Of a stretch of DNA of 64,000 nucleotides, positions 1 through 8,771 are shown one piece after another. The stretch is taken from the NCBI GenBank assembly GCA_038228295.1, contig JBBRPH010000001.1, forward strand, positions 129,205 through 193,204, in the 5' to 3' direction. The notes beneath the pieces are model-generated. The model saw nothing but the letters and a program-made list of their open reading frames with translations. It did no database searches and had not been told where the DNA came from. Source of the stretch: Chloroflexia bacterium. GTDB taxonomy: Bacteria > Chloroflexota > Chloroflexia > QHBQ01 > JAICKM01. The position numbers and the translations under genes were made by a program. Every line of letters begins with the position of its first letter. Positions within the stretch are counted from its first letter, which is position 1.

Positions 1-153
1 TCCACCGACGCTCTGGTTGGTCTGGGGGAATTGGCGCGTACCACCCTGCTGGGCGGGTGCGGCAGCGGAGTTCTTCGGTAGGGCTGTCACCGCCAGGGCA
101 GCCAGCATGGCTCCCGTGACAGCGTAACGCCCTAAACCGCGTGTGAAACTCAT
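1..153 (-). CDS. N-terminal fragment of a secreted protein (signal peptide MSFTRGLGRYAVTGAMLAALAVTALP); gene continues beyond window start
   Basis: ATG at 151-153 (minus) preceded by GGAGGAG RBS; hydrophobic h-region typical of Sec signal; reading frame open to window edge. Confidence 0.4.
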   Translation of the reverse strand, partial: MSFTRGLGRYAVTGAMLAALAVTALPKNSAAAPAQQGGTRQFPQTNQSVGG

Positions 154-598
154 TCTGTTCTCCTCCTGTGAAAAACCGAGGACGACCCCAACGGTCAGTC
201 CCATCAGATGGACCTCGGGAAGGTCCGCGATACCGAACCGGCGTGCCGGGTGCCGCCGGAAAGTGAGGGGTGGAGAGGCGACCGATTAGATCCTTTCAGC
301 TAGCGGAATATCGGATACACCCAGCGTAGCATCCTGATGAGCCGCCATCAGCATGGTAGACGCCAGGATAATCCTATCTGTTGCTAGGTGAGCCGGACCT
401 CTGGTACGCCATCCGTAGGACCGGGTCGCACCGGTCGTGCCATATCTTACCACATTGGCCCGCATCTTGCAAATATAACCGGCCCCCTGTGGTTAGGCAG
501 CCCCAACTCTACGTATGACGGTCTCCGTTGGGTGCGGCTGCTCTATTATCCATACAAGCAAAGCGTGCACTTGGTTCAGAATCGGATCGTGACAGCCC

Positions 599-698
599 GC
601 CGCCCTCACCCCCGACCCCCTCTCCTATAGAGAGGGGGAGTTGAAGACGACAGGCTCCCCCTCTCTTCGTAGGAGAGGGGGTCAGGGGTGAGGGCGGC
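599..698. repeat. Nested palindromic structured element: outer 14-19 bp stem enclosing two similar GC-rich hairpins (ccccctct(c)-N7-(g)agaggggg)
   Basis: 599-612 pairs with 685-698 (gccgccctcacccc / ggggtgagggcggc); inner hairpins 616-623/631-638 and 657-665/673-681, each with 7-nt loop. Confidence 0.6.
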
Positions 699-704
699 CA
701 CCGA

Positions 705-1652
705 TTAGCGCGGCACCGCCACCCGGCCCAGGAAGCGGGCCACCGCACGATCGGCGGTCAGCCCCTCGATCTCAGCCTCCGGCTTGAGGATAATGCGGTG
801 GCGGTAGACCGGCGGCACCAGCGTCTTGATGTCATCGGGCACCAGGTAGTCGCGCCCCTGCATGGCGGCGTAGACTTTGGCCGCACCCAGCAGCGCCACA
901 GAAGCGCGCGGGCTGCCGCCCAGCAGCAGGTCGGGGGTGCGGCGGCTGGCCTCGGCAATCGCCGCAATATAGGTCAGATGCGCTTCGTCGGCGCGCACGG
1001 CGCGGGCTTCAGCGCGGGCGGCGGCCAGCGCCGCAGGGTCGGCCACGGCCTGCACCCCCGCCGTCGTCAGGTCGGCGGCGTTGAAGCCGGCGTTCACGTT
1101 CCGCAGCAGTTGTATTTCCTCCGCTGTGTCGGGATAGTCCACCAGCAACTTGAACAGAAAGCGGTCGAGTTGCGATTCGGGCAGCGGATACGTCCCTTCG
1201 TATTCGATGGGGTTTTGCGTCGCCAGCACCAGGAACGGCTGCGGCAGATCGTGCGACAGGCCGTCAATCGTCACCCGCCGCTCTTCCATTGCCTCCAGCA
1301 GCGCCGACTGCGTTTTCGCCGGCGCACGGTTGATCTCGTCGCCCAGCACCACGTTGGCGAAGATCGGACCGGGGTGCAAGGTGAAGCGACTGGTGGGCAA
1401 ATCAAACACGTTGGTGCCGGTGATGTCGGCGGGCATCAGATCGGGCGTGAACTGGATGCGCTTGAACGCACCGCTGACGGTGGCGGCTAGAGTGCGCGCC
1501 ATCAGCGTCTTGGCGATGCCCGGCACGCCTTCCAGCAACACATGGCCGCCGGTCAGCAGCGCAACAACCAGCAGTTCAAACACAGCATCCTGACCGACAA
1601 TCACTTTGCGGCGTTCGCGCTCGATGGCGGCATATAACTGAATTACGGTCAT
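705..1652 (-). CDS. MoxR-family AAA+ ATPase
   Basis: Walker A GVPGIAKT, Walker B VLLGDEINRA, sensor motifs; 315 aa typical MoxR length. Confidence 0.9.
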   Translation of the reverse strand: MTVIQLYAAIERERRKVIVGQDAVFELLVVALLTGGHVLLEGVPGIAKTLMARTLAATVSGAFKRIQFTPDLMPADITGTNVFDLPTSRFTLHPGPIFANVVLGDEINRAPAKTQSALLEAMEERRVTIDGLSHDLPQPFLVLATQNPIEYEGTYPLPESQLDRFLFKLLVDYPDTAEEIQLLRNVNAGFNAADLTTAGVQAVADPAALAAARAEARAVRADEAHLTYIAAIAEASRRTPDLLLGGSPRASVALLGAAKVYAAMQGRDYLVPDDIKTLVPPVYRHRIILKPEAEIEGLTADRAVARFLGRVAVPR

Positions 1653-2845
1653 TGATCTCCTCTCAATATATCACTCCGTAGCGTCTCGGCCTGGCGCACC
1701 AAGCGCAACAGGGCCGCCGCACCCAGAACGGGGCGGCCGCGAGGATTGGGCGAGGCGGCGTGGTCCAGGTCCGCCAGCAACGTAGCGAGTGCGGCGGCGT
1801 CCACCGGGCGATGATGCGCGGCGGCGAACGCAGCGGCCAGATCGCCGGCAGGCAAGTCTGCCGGCAAGCCATAGGGCGCAGCCAGGGCGCGTCGTAGATC
1901 GGCCCGGTAGTGATCCGCCACCCAGTCGGTGCGTTCGGCGCGGCCAAACAGCCCGGCCAGCGCCGCTACATAATCCGCCGCCCCACGCCGCGCCCCGACA
2001 GTGGGCAGCGGCAGCGGCGGGCCGAGCCGGCGTCCGATCAATAGCAAGCCTAGCACAGCCACCCCGCCGGCATAGATCAATGCCCAGCCCCACGGCCGGC
2101 TGGTGAGCAGCGTCCGCAGGTCGTCGCCGGTATAGCCGTGGTGCAGTTCATCGAAGGCGATACGCCGGCCCGCCGCGCTTCCGACCAGGTTCCAGGCCAG
2201 CCAGCGGTTATCGGCGGCGGGCAGGCCGGCGTTGGTGAACGGGTAGGTGGTGGAAAGCAGTACCACCCGGCCCGCGCCGTGGGCCTGCACAACCAACAGT
2301 GGGCCTGCGCCCGCGCTGACCAGCGTTGTCGCACCGGTCCCATGCAGGTCCAATTGCCACCCGGCTTGCACTGCTACCTGATGCACCGGCGGCGCGCTCC
2401 ACAGCGGCTCATGCGGCACGAAGCTGCCCACTACCGCCGGCAGCAACGGGCTGAGGCCGGCGCCTAGCCGGCTGGTGAGCGGATTGAGCGCACCGCCGGT
2501 GCCTTCAACCGTCGCCACCAGCACTCCGCCCGCGTCCAGCCAGCGGTCGAGCGCCGCCAGTTGGTCCGGCGTAAAGTTGCTCTGCGGGTTGAGGATCAAC
2601 AGCAGGTCGGTATCGCGCAGGGCATCTGCCCAGCGCTCGGTGCCCATGAGGCGGCGCACCGGATAGCCGGCATCGGTAAGCCAGCGATAGAGGGCCAGCG
2701 TGCCGCCCGGCGCAGCGCTGACGCTACTGCCCTGCAAGGTATCTTGTCCACCGCCCGTCGTGCCGCCCGCGACGGCGATCAACGCAATGCCGAGTAGCAA
2801 CACCAGCAGGCCGGCAAACAGCAAGATGTCACCCCGGCGAGTCAT
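1649..2845 (-). CDS. DUF4350-like membrane-anchored protein of MoxR operon
   Basis: N-terminal TM then periplasmic domain; 4-bp ATGA overlap with moxR; synteny with DUF4129. Confidence 0.65.
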   Translation of the reverse strand: MTRRGDILLFAGLLVLLLGIALIAVAGGTTGGGQDTLQGSSVSAAPGGTLALYRWLTDAGYPVRRLMGTERWADALRDTDLLLILNPQSNFTPDQLAALDRWLDAGGVLVATVEGTGGALNPLTSRLGAGLSPLLPAVVGSFVPHEPLWSAPPVHQVAVQAGWQLDLHGTGATTLVSAGAGPLLVVQAHGAGRVVLLSTTYPFTNAGLPAADNRWLAWNLVGSAAGRRIAFDELHHGYTGDDLRTLLTSRPWGWALIYAGGVAVLGLLLIGRRLGPPLPLPTVGARRGAADYVAALAGLFGRAERTDWVADHYRADLRRALAAPYGLPADLPAGDLAAAFAAAHHRPVDAAALATLLADLDHAASPNPRGRPVLGAAALLRLVRQAETLRSDILRGDQ

Positions 2846-4086
2846 CGGCCCGGCTCCGGCGGAGTGCCTTCGGCTCCGGCCGCCAATGTCTGGTAGGCCT
2901 GATAATCGCCCGCGCCGGCCGGATAACCGCCGTACCAGAAGCGTTGGAAGCCTGCCACCAACGGCCGCAACGGGTCACGCAGGGCAGCAGGTGCTTGGCG
3001 TAGATATTCGCCGTCGGTCAGCGCCGGATCAAAGCGCATCCGACCGCTTTCGTCCAGAGTCAACAATGTCGCTAGATAACGATAGCGCACCGCACGGCGG
3101 AAGTCGCCCGTGCCGGCGGCGGCGGCGGCGGCAGTGCGTGCTTGGGCCGCCGTCCAGCCGGCTTCGGCCGCGAACGCACCGGTGAGGGATCGGGCATCAG
3201 GTGCCCGATTGCGCCGCAAATTAATGCCGACAAAGCTCACTACACCCAGCACAACGAGTATCCCCAACCCGCCACCCACCGGCAGCACCAGCGGGCCAAG
3301 CAGCGCCAGTGCCGAACCGCCAAACGTCAGCAGGCTGAAGATCACTCCCGCCGTGCCGCCGGCTGCCCCAACCACCGTGGCCCAAAAGCGCCGACGGCTC
3401 CACTCGGTTTCGCGATAGGCAACGGCTACCATGAAAGCGATTAACAAGCCGGCGATGGCGGCGATCAGTGCGTTGCGTTGCACATCAGGCATTTGCAGCA
3501 GCCCCTGGATCAGCGGTTGCATCATATGCGATAATCCCTGCTGAATGCCGGTATCGGCGGCGGGCTGGAACTGCGGATCGCGCAGTACTGCGTCAAGCCG
3601 TTTGCCTGCTTCAGCCACGTCCACCGGGGCACCGCCGACCCCGGTGGGCAAATAGGCAGGCGTGAGGTCAACCGCAACCGTCGGCAACGCCGTGCCGCCC
3701 GCAACGCGCGGCGTAGGCGACGTGGTGGGTTCCGGCGCGGCGGTTAGTGTAGGGACGCTACCGGGATCTAATAGGTTGAGCAGATCGGTCAGGCGGCCGA
3801 CGGCTCCGTCAAGATCAGGCGGCGTATGTGTCAGGGCCGTGCGTAGTGGATGGAGATCAGGCACGGCCAGTACACCCGCTGCGTCACGCACCTCCACCTC
3901 GGCGGGTAGGCGGGTCAGTGCCCGGTTCACCGCTGCCGCGCGCGCCGCGCCGGCGGCCACCTGCGCCGCCTGCACATCGGTCAAGGTGGCGTGCAGCAGA
4001 TGCATATAGGCCGTGCGGTCCAGCGTATCACCGCGCGGGGCCGCCAGGGCACCGACCGGCCGGCCTAACATCCAGGTCACTAGCAT
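2842..4086 (-). CDS. DUF4129-like membrane protein (C-terminal transglutaminase-associated domain)
   Basis: central TM helices; C-terminal RYRYL...FQRFWYGGYP region resembling DUF4129; operon position. Confidence 0.6.
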   Translation of the reverse strand: MLVTWMLGRPVGALAAPRGDTLDRTAYMHLLHATLTDVQAAQVAAGAARAAAVNRALTRLPAEVEVRDAAGVLAVPDLHPLRTALTHTPPDLDGAVGRLTDLLNLLDPGSVPTLTAAPEPTTSPTPRVAGGTALPTVAVDLTPAYLPTGVGGAPVDVAEAGKRLDAVLRDPQFQPAADTGIQQGLSHMMQPLIQGLLQMPDVQRNALIAAIAGLLIAFMVAVAYRETEWSRRRFWATVVGAAGGTAGVIFSLLTFGGSALALLGPLVLPVGGGLGILVVLGVVSFVGINLRRNRAPDARSLTGAFAAEAGWTAAQARTAAAAAAGTGDFRRAVRYRYLATLLTLDESGRMRFDPALTDGEYLRQAPAALRDPLRPLVAGFQRFWYGGYPAGAGDYQAYQTLAAGAEGTPPEPGR

Positions 4087-4130
4087 GACCAGCGCCGCCC
4101 CTAGCAGCCACGCCCTACAGATTGATCGTT

Positions 4131-5198
4131 TCAGCGGGTGGCTCCCGGTCGGTTCTCGTGGCGCAGGCGCAGGTCATAGTAATAGAGGGTCAGTAGGGTT
4201 AGAGTCCAGGGCAGGATCAGCAGGCGCAGTCCCAGGCTGATTAGCCGCGTCACGGCCAGCGCCGGCACCCGCCCGTCACCGGTCGGCATCAAGTTGAAAA
4301 ACTCCGCCGCCAGATCGCCGTTCGACAGCAAGCTGATCGGCAGGCTACCTAGCAGCAAAATCGCCAATGTGCGCCGGAAGTTGCGTGCCACCAGTGCCCA
4401 ACTGCGCCGTAGCGCCTGGATCGGTGGGGCGACTTCCAGCACCACCACCTGCACCATTAGCGACCACTTGACCACCAAAAAGATCACCACGGCCGAGACT
4501 ACGGCCAGCAACACCAAGCGTGGGAGCAAGTTTTGCGTCGGATCGCCCAATCCTTTTTGCAACGCCCCCATCAGCCCGCCGCTATTCGGATCGCCGTTGA
4601 TCACCGTCAGCACCAGGCTGAAGACCACCGACAGCACCACCCCCACCACTGTCAGCAACCCAACCGTGATGATCAGCAGGGCCGAACCACCGAGCAGGGC
4701 ATCCAAACGCGGCAGCACCGCACGCAACGCCGCGCCCAATGTCAGTATCTCGCCCCGCCCCAGCGCCCGCACCTGCACCGCGATCACCGCCAGCAGCAGA
4801 AAAGCCAGCACTGCCTCAACCAGGGTCAATGTGCTGTGAACCAGGGTGAACACCGTGAAGCGTAGCAGCCACTCGGCATTGAGCGTCGCCGGGCCGGGAT
4901 CGAGCAGCGCCAGCAGCCCCACCGTCAGCAGCAATAGCGGCAGTTCCAGCGCCAGCACCGGCAGCAGAAACGTTGCCTTATGCGCCCCATAGAGCCGTGC
5001 CGCCCCCGCCAAAAGCGCGCCGAGCGATTGGGGCAATAAGTTCTGCGTTCTGCGTTCTGCGTTCTGAAGGGGAGACGCTGTAGCGGCGCTGCCGACTGTA
5101 TCGGTCGGCATAACTGTAGGGACACCGCCGGCCGCGCCCGCGTCCAGTGGGCTAGCTGTAGCGGCGCTGCTTGCCGCGCCCGGCGGGAGATCCATCAC
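4131..5198 (-). CDS. Polytopic membrane protein (paralog A; GPDPase-membrane-domain-like)
   Basis: 6-7 predicted TM helices; paralogous to downstream-overlapping gene; contains in-frame heptamer repeat. Confidence 0.7.
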   Translation of the reverse strand: MMDLPPGAASSAATASPLDAGAAGGVPTVMPTDTVGSAATASPLQNAERRTQNLLPQSLGALLAGAARLYGAHKATFLLPVLALELPLLLLTVGLLALLDPGPATLNAEWLLRFTVFTLVHSTLTLVEAVLAFLLLAVIAVQVRALGRGEILTLGAALRAVLPRLDALLGGSALLIITVGLLTVVGVVLSVVFSLVLTVINGDPNSGGLMGALQKGLGDPTQNLLPRLVLLAVVSAVVIFLVVKWSLMVQVVVLEVAPPIQALRRSWALVARNFRRTLAILLLGSLPISLLSNGDLAAEFFNLMPTGDGRVPALAVTRLISLGLRLLILPWTLTLLTLYYYDLRLRHENRPGATR

Positions 5199-6220
5199 AG
5201 CGAGGGAACCTCCTCATAGTGGGCAGCCATGGAGGCAGGCTCCGGTGCGCTGGGAGTGACAGGCCGCGCACGATAGGGCCAGCCGCCAGGGAGGGCAGCC
5301 GGCTCCAGCCCCAACTCCGCTGCGCGGCCGTCCAGCGCCATCTGCAAATCAAAGCCCTCCTGCCGCACCCGCAGGTCAAAATAGAGCAGCGTCATGCCGG
5401 CCAGGCGCACCGGCACATACAGCAGCGTCAGGAGCAGGTTGACGAACTGCGTGCTGACAGTCTGCACTATCCACGGCAGCCCGGCAAAGGCCAACGCCCC
5501 CGACACCAGCGAGGTGGGCAGGCTGATCACCAGGCTGATCAACAGCAACAGCAGATACGCACCAAAGACGCGCCACCACGACCCGCGCACCAAGTCCCAA
5601 CTGCGCGTCAGCGCCGCGCCCACTCCGCGCCCCTCCAGCACAATCACCTGGCTGGTGAAACTCCAGGCAATAAAAATCCAGAGGAATAGCGGTGGCAAAA
5701 AGACCAACACGAACGCCAGCGACAGCACCGCGATTGCGCCGGTCAGCGAACCCAAGCGCGGCCGCACGGCCCGATAAGCGTCGCGAATTGTGGGGGTGCG
5801 GCCCAGATAGCCCTCGGCTATCGTCCACGCCAGCGCGCCGGCAGCAATGTTGATCAGTACCGCCCCGATCACGCCGATACCCAAAACGATCACGAAGCGG
5901 CTGAGGATATCGCTGATCCAGGTCGCCGCCGCCTGATTGTAGCTCTGTAACACAGCGGGCGGCGCGCTAAACGAGGGCTGTTGCGGTTGTTTGATCAGGG
6001 TAGCGGGGTTGAGCAGCCAGATGTTCGCCAGCGTGAGCGCCAGACTGACCGGCACCTGCATCAGAGCAACAATGCCGACATAGGTGAAGAAGTTGCGGCG
6101 GTAGAGCGCCACCGCACTATCCAGGATCGCGCCCACATCACGGGGGCGCAGCCGCAACGCCGGCCCCAGCGCCGCTTGCGGCGTGTGAAGTGCGGAGTGC
6201 GGAGTAGCTGGGCCGGCCAT
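5195..6220 (-). CDS. Polytopic membrane protein (paralog B)
   Basis: similar TM architecture and N-terminal motif (YRRNFFTYVGIVAL) to 4131-5198; 4-bp overlap. Confidence 0.7.
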   Translation of the reverse strand: MAGPATPHSALHTPQAALGPALRLRPRDVGAILDSAVALYRRNFFTYVGIVALMQVPVSLALTLANIWLLNPATLIKQPQQPSFSAPPAVLQSYNQAAATWISDILSRFVIVLGIGVIGAVLINIAAGALAWTIAEGYLGRTPTIRDAYRAVRPRLGSLTGAIAVLSLAFVLVFLPPLFLWIFIAWSFTSQVIVLEGRGVGAALTRSWDLVRGSWWRVFGAYLLLLLISLVISLPTSLVSGALAFAGLPWIVQTVSTQFVNLLLTLLYVPVRLAGMTLLYFDLRVRQEGFDLQMALDGRAAELGLEPAALPGGWPYRARPVTPSAPEPASMAAHYEEVPSL

Positions 6221-6333
6221 AAGCGGATTTTCTCCTCTGGCAGCATCTTACCATAGCGATGGGCACGGGCGCAATGAGCATAGGGTTTTCAACACGGAGC
6301 CACAGAATAGACGGAGTTTATATACCACAGCAT

Positions 6334-7266
6334 TTACGGTCCTGGCGTGGGTACCGCATCAAGTGGTACTAGCGTTTCGCTGACACCGGTCCCGCGCACA
6401 GCCACGCGCAGATAATGGTAGACTCCACCAAGTAGCGACGGGACGTGCAGCGGCTCGCCGCCGCCACCTGTGATGATATAAGGAATCTCGTTGCGCGTCA
6501 TGCGCGTATAGGCGTGCAAATGGCCGGCGTAGACGGCGGTGACATGATAGGCATCCATCAGGGCGGCGAAGTCATCGCCCCCTGCGCTGAGGGCGGATTC
6601 AGACGGCACCGGGTAAGGTATGAAAGCCGGAACGTGCATAAACACCAGCTTCACCGGTTGCCCAGTCGCTGCTAGATCGGCCTTGATCCACGCTAGTTCA
6701 TCAGCAGTGAGCAGCACCGCGCTGTCGTCTACCAACGTGAAATGGACCGCGCCGCGATCAAACGACTGATGGCGCGGCCAATAGCGGGTGAACGGCCCTG
6801 TTGTTTTCGACCAAGCCACATCATGGTTGCCGGGCACGACATAGACCGGCAAGCCGGCGGCAACCGCGAGGCCGGCAAACTCGGTCATCTGCTCCGGGCG
6901 GCCCTGAGGAGTCATGTCGCCCAAGTCAATCAGCAGCGCGTCGTGGCCCGCAGCCGTGTCACGCAGGATGTAACGCAACATTGGCGTGTCTTTCCAGGTG
7001 TCACCGACCACGGCAAAGGTCCAATCGGGTGGACCGGCGGCGGGTGGTGCCGGCGGCGGGGTCGGCATGGTAGGCGCGGCGACATCGTCGGATTCGGGCG
7101 GCAGGGTGGGATAGGCAGCCGATCCGTCGGCAGTAGCGGTCGGCAGGCGCGTCGGCCACATTTGGGCCGGCGGCGGCAACGTGGGCACGCCGGGCGGGCC
7201 GGGATCAGACCCATCCCCTGCACAGGCGGTCAAGGCCGGCACCAGGATCAGCGCGGCTCCTAGCAT
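6334..7266 (-). CDS. Lipoprotein metallophosphoesterase (calcineurin-like)
   Basis: lipobox LTAC; motifs GDxxKD, GDMT, GNHD, FMHVP; Pro-rich linker. ORF-track start 7410 rejected in favour of Met at 7266. Confidence 0.8.
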   Translation of the reverse strand: MLGAALILVPALTACAGDGSDPGPPGVPTLPPPAQMWPTRLPTATADGSAAYPTLPPESDDVAAPTMPTPPPAPPAAGPPDWTFAVVGDTWKDTPMLRYILRDTAAGHDALLIDLGDMTPQGRPEQMTEFAGLAVAAGLPVYVVPGNHDVAWSKTTGPFTRYWPRHQSFDRGAVHFTLVDDSAVLLTADELAWIKADLAATGQPVKLVFMHVPAFIPYPVPSESALSAGGDDFAALMDAYHVTAVYAGHLHAYTRMTRNEIPYIITGGGGEPLHVPSLLGGVYHYLRVAVRGTGVSETLVPLDAVPTPGP

Positions 7267-7276
7267 GGCCCAACCG

Positions 7277-7864
7277 CTAGCGACCACGCGCCGTGCCGGC
7301 CCGCGCTTGGTGGCGGCTGCGCCAGCGCAACAGCAGCCGCACGCCCACAAATAACAGCACCACAAACAGGATCGCCGAAAGAACCGGCACGACCAGCGCC
7401 AGCAACACACTGACGATCACCAGCACGTCTTCCAGGATGCTGACAAACGGGTTGCCGATACCCGCTGTGGTGGCTGTGACCAGCGGCCGTGTGCCGGCTT
7501 TGACCGCGTGGACGCTGCCTGCCGCCAGCAAGCCGAGGATCAGGGCCAACGCCGGATTGAGGCCGCCCACCGCATCGTTTTGCGCCGCGAACAGGATGGC
7601 CCCGGCCGCCGGCCGGATAAAGGTATGGATAGCGTCATTCATCGAATCGACCACCGGCACTTTATCGGCCATGATCTCGATAAAGAGCAACACCGCCAAC
7701 ACGATCAACACCCAGGTCTCCGACAGCAAGTTGTAGGGCGCGTTGAGGTGGATCAGGTGAGTGAAGCGAGCAGCTAGGCCAACCATCAGCAAGGGCAGCC
7801 AGGCGTTCAGCCCAGCGGGGGCGGCCAACCCAAAGCCGGCCAGAATCGCCGCCAAGGTGTTCAT
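7277..7864 (-). CDS. DUF4126-family integral membrane protein
   Basis: N-terminus MNTLAAILAGFGLAAPAGLNAWLPLL and 4-5 TM helices typical of DUF4126. Confidence 0.6.
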   Translation of the reverse strand: MNTLAAILAGFGLAAPAGLNAWLPLLMVGLAARFTHLIHLNAPYNLLSETWVLIVLAVLLFIEIMADKVPVVDSMNDAIHTFIRPAAGAILFAAQNDAVGGLNPALALILGLLAAGSVHAVKAGTRPLVTATTAGIGNPFVSILEDVLVIVSVLLALVVPVLSAILFVVLLFVGVRLLLRWRSRHQARAGTARGR

Positions 7865-7876
7865 AGGGGTTCCTCT

Positions 7877-8449
7877 CTAATACCCGCCCGGCAGCGGCGG
7901 CAGCGGTGGGGCGGCGGCGGGCGGCGGTTTGGCGACGGGGCGCACCAACCCATAGATCACTGCGCCCAACGCAGCCAGTCCAGCCAGCACCGTCGGCACA
8001 AGCAACAGGTACACACAGGCTACGCAACCGGTGCCCAACGCCAGCAGCCCATCAAGCGAAGTGGCGGTGCTGATCCCTTGTTTCGTCATCAAGTCCTGGA
8101 TCTGGCTCCGCGTGCTGGGGTTGTTGAGAACGGTAGCGGCGATCAGGGTCAGCGCCACTACGGTTACAACGCCCATGACAGCTCCGGCCACTGCGGCTGC
8201 GCCGGTTCGCGACCCACTGCGCGCCGGAGGTAGTCCGCCCGGTCCGGCAGCCGGCCCCACGGGCACAGCGGGCGTCGTCGCTAGGATGCGCCCCGCCAGA
8301 TGCGCCGCGACCATGCCCGCCACTGCCGCTAATAGCGCCATGAGCAACAGCATCAGCAATCCGCCCTGCAACAGCAACACCAGCGCCGCCGTCACCACGC
8401 CAAAGCCTAGCCCCACGCCCAGTCCCTGCCGGTTCACCGCGCCTCCCAT
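7877..8449 (-). CDS. Hypothetical membrane protein
   Basis: four hydrophobic helices, Ala/Gly/Pro-rich; codon usage consistent. Confidence 0.55.
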   Translation of the reverse strand: MGGAVNRQGLGVGLGFGVVTAALVLLLQGGLLMLLLMALLAAVAGMVAAHLAGRILATTPAVPVGPAAGPGGLPPARSGSRTGAAAVAGAVMGVVTVVALTLIAATVLNNPSTRSQIQDLMTKQGISTATSLDGLLALGTGCVACVYLLLVPTVLAGLAALGAVIYGLVRPVAKPPPAAAPPLPPLPGGY

Positions 8450-8557
8450 TCGTCACCCTCCCCGATACGTAATGCGTAATGCGTGATACGTAAAGAGACG
8501 CAATCACGTTTCACGTTGCACGCCGCATAGCCCCTGTACAGAAGTCAGACCTCAGAA

Positions 8558-8674
8558 TTATTGCCAGACTACTGCGCCTAAGCCACCTGCCAAGACCAGG
8601 ATCAGCGCGATGACGGCACAGGTCAGCACAATGGCGACCATAACGAACGCACCCATCCGCGCATTTAGCGGCAT
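8558..8674 (-). CDS. Possible 38-aa hydrophobic micro-protein (MPLNARMGAFVMVAIVLTCAVIALILVLAGGLGAVVWQ)
   Basis: single TM helix, ATG start, located between operon genes; not in ORF track because under 60 aa. Confidence 0.25.
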   Translation of the reverse strand: MPLNARMGAFVMVAIVLTCAVIALILVLAGGLGAVVWQ

Positions 8675-8771
8675 CCGCACCTCCGGCGCATCATCAGGCG
8701 GCAAATCCGGCGGCGATGTATTCGGTGTCAAATATTCCTCTATCTAACCGTAAACTCAGGGCGCAGAATAC

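Noticed and set aside
200-230. gggaaggtccg motif resembling the RNase P RNA GGAAAGUCCGG P4 strand
   Set aside because: It differs at the critical A, and no matching 3' P4 strand (ACAGAAYCCGGCUUA) or other conserved RNase P helices were found nearby.
388-748. ORFs 388-630 (+) and 509-748 (-) in the 154-704 gap
   Set aside because: No RBS, odd composition, and they overlap the nested palindromic element. The region is better explained as non-coding structured DNA.
798-1593. Plus-strand ORFs 798-1490 and 1150-1593 antisense to moxR
   Set aside because: These are Arg/Gly-rich antisense frames typical of high-GC DNA. The MoxR frame has clear conserved motifs.
5040-5066. Possibility that the heptamer arrays are miniature CRISPR arrays
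   Set aside because: Units are contiguous with no spacers and are only 7 bp. No cas genes are present in the window.
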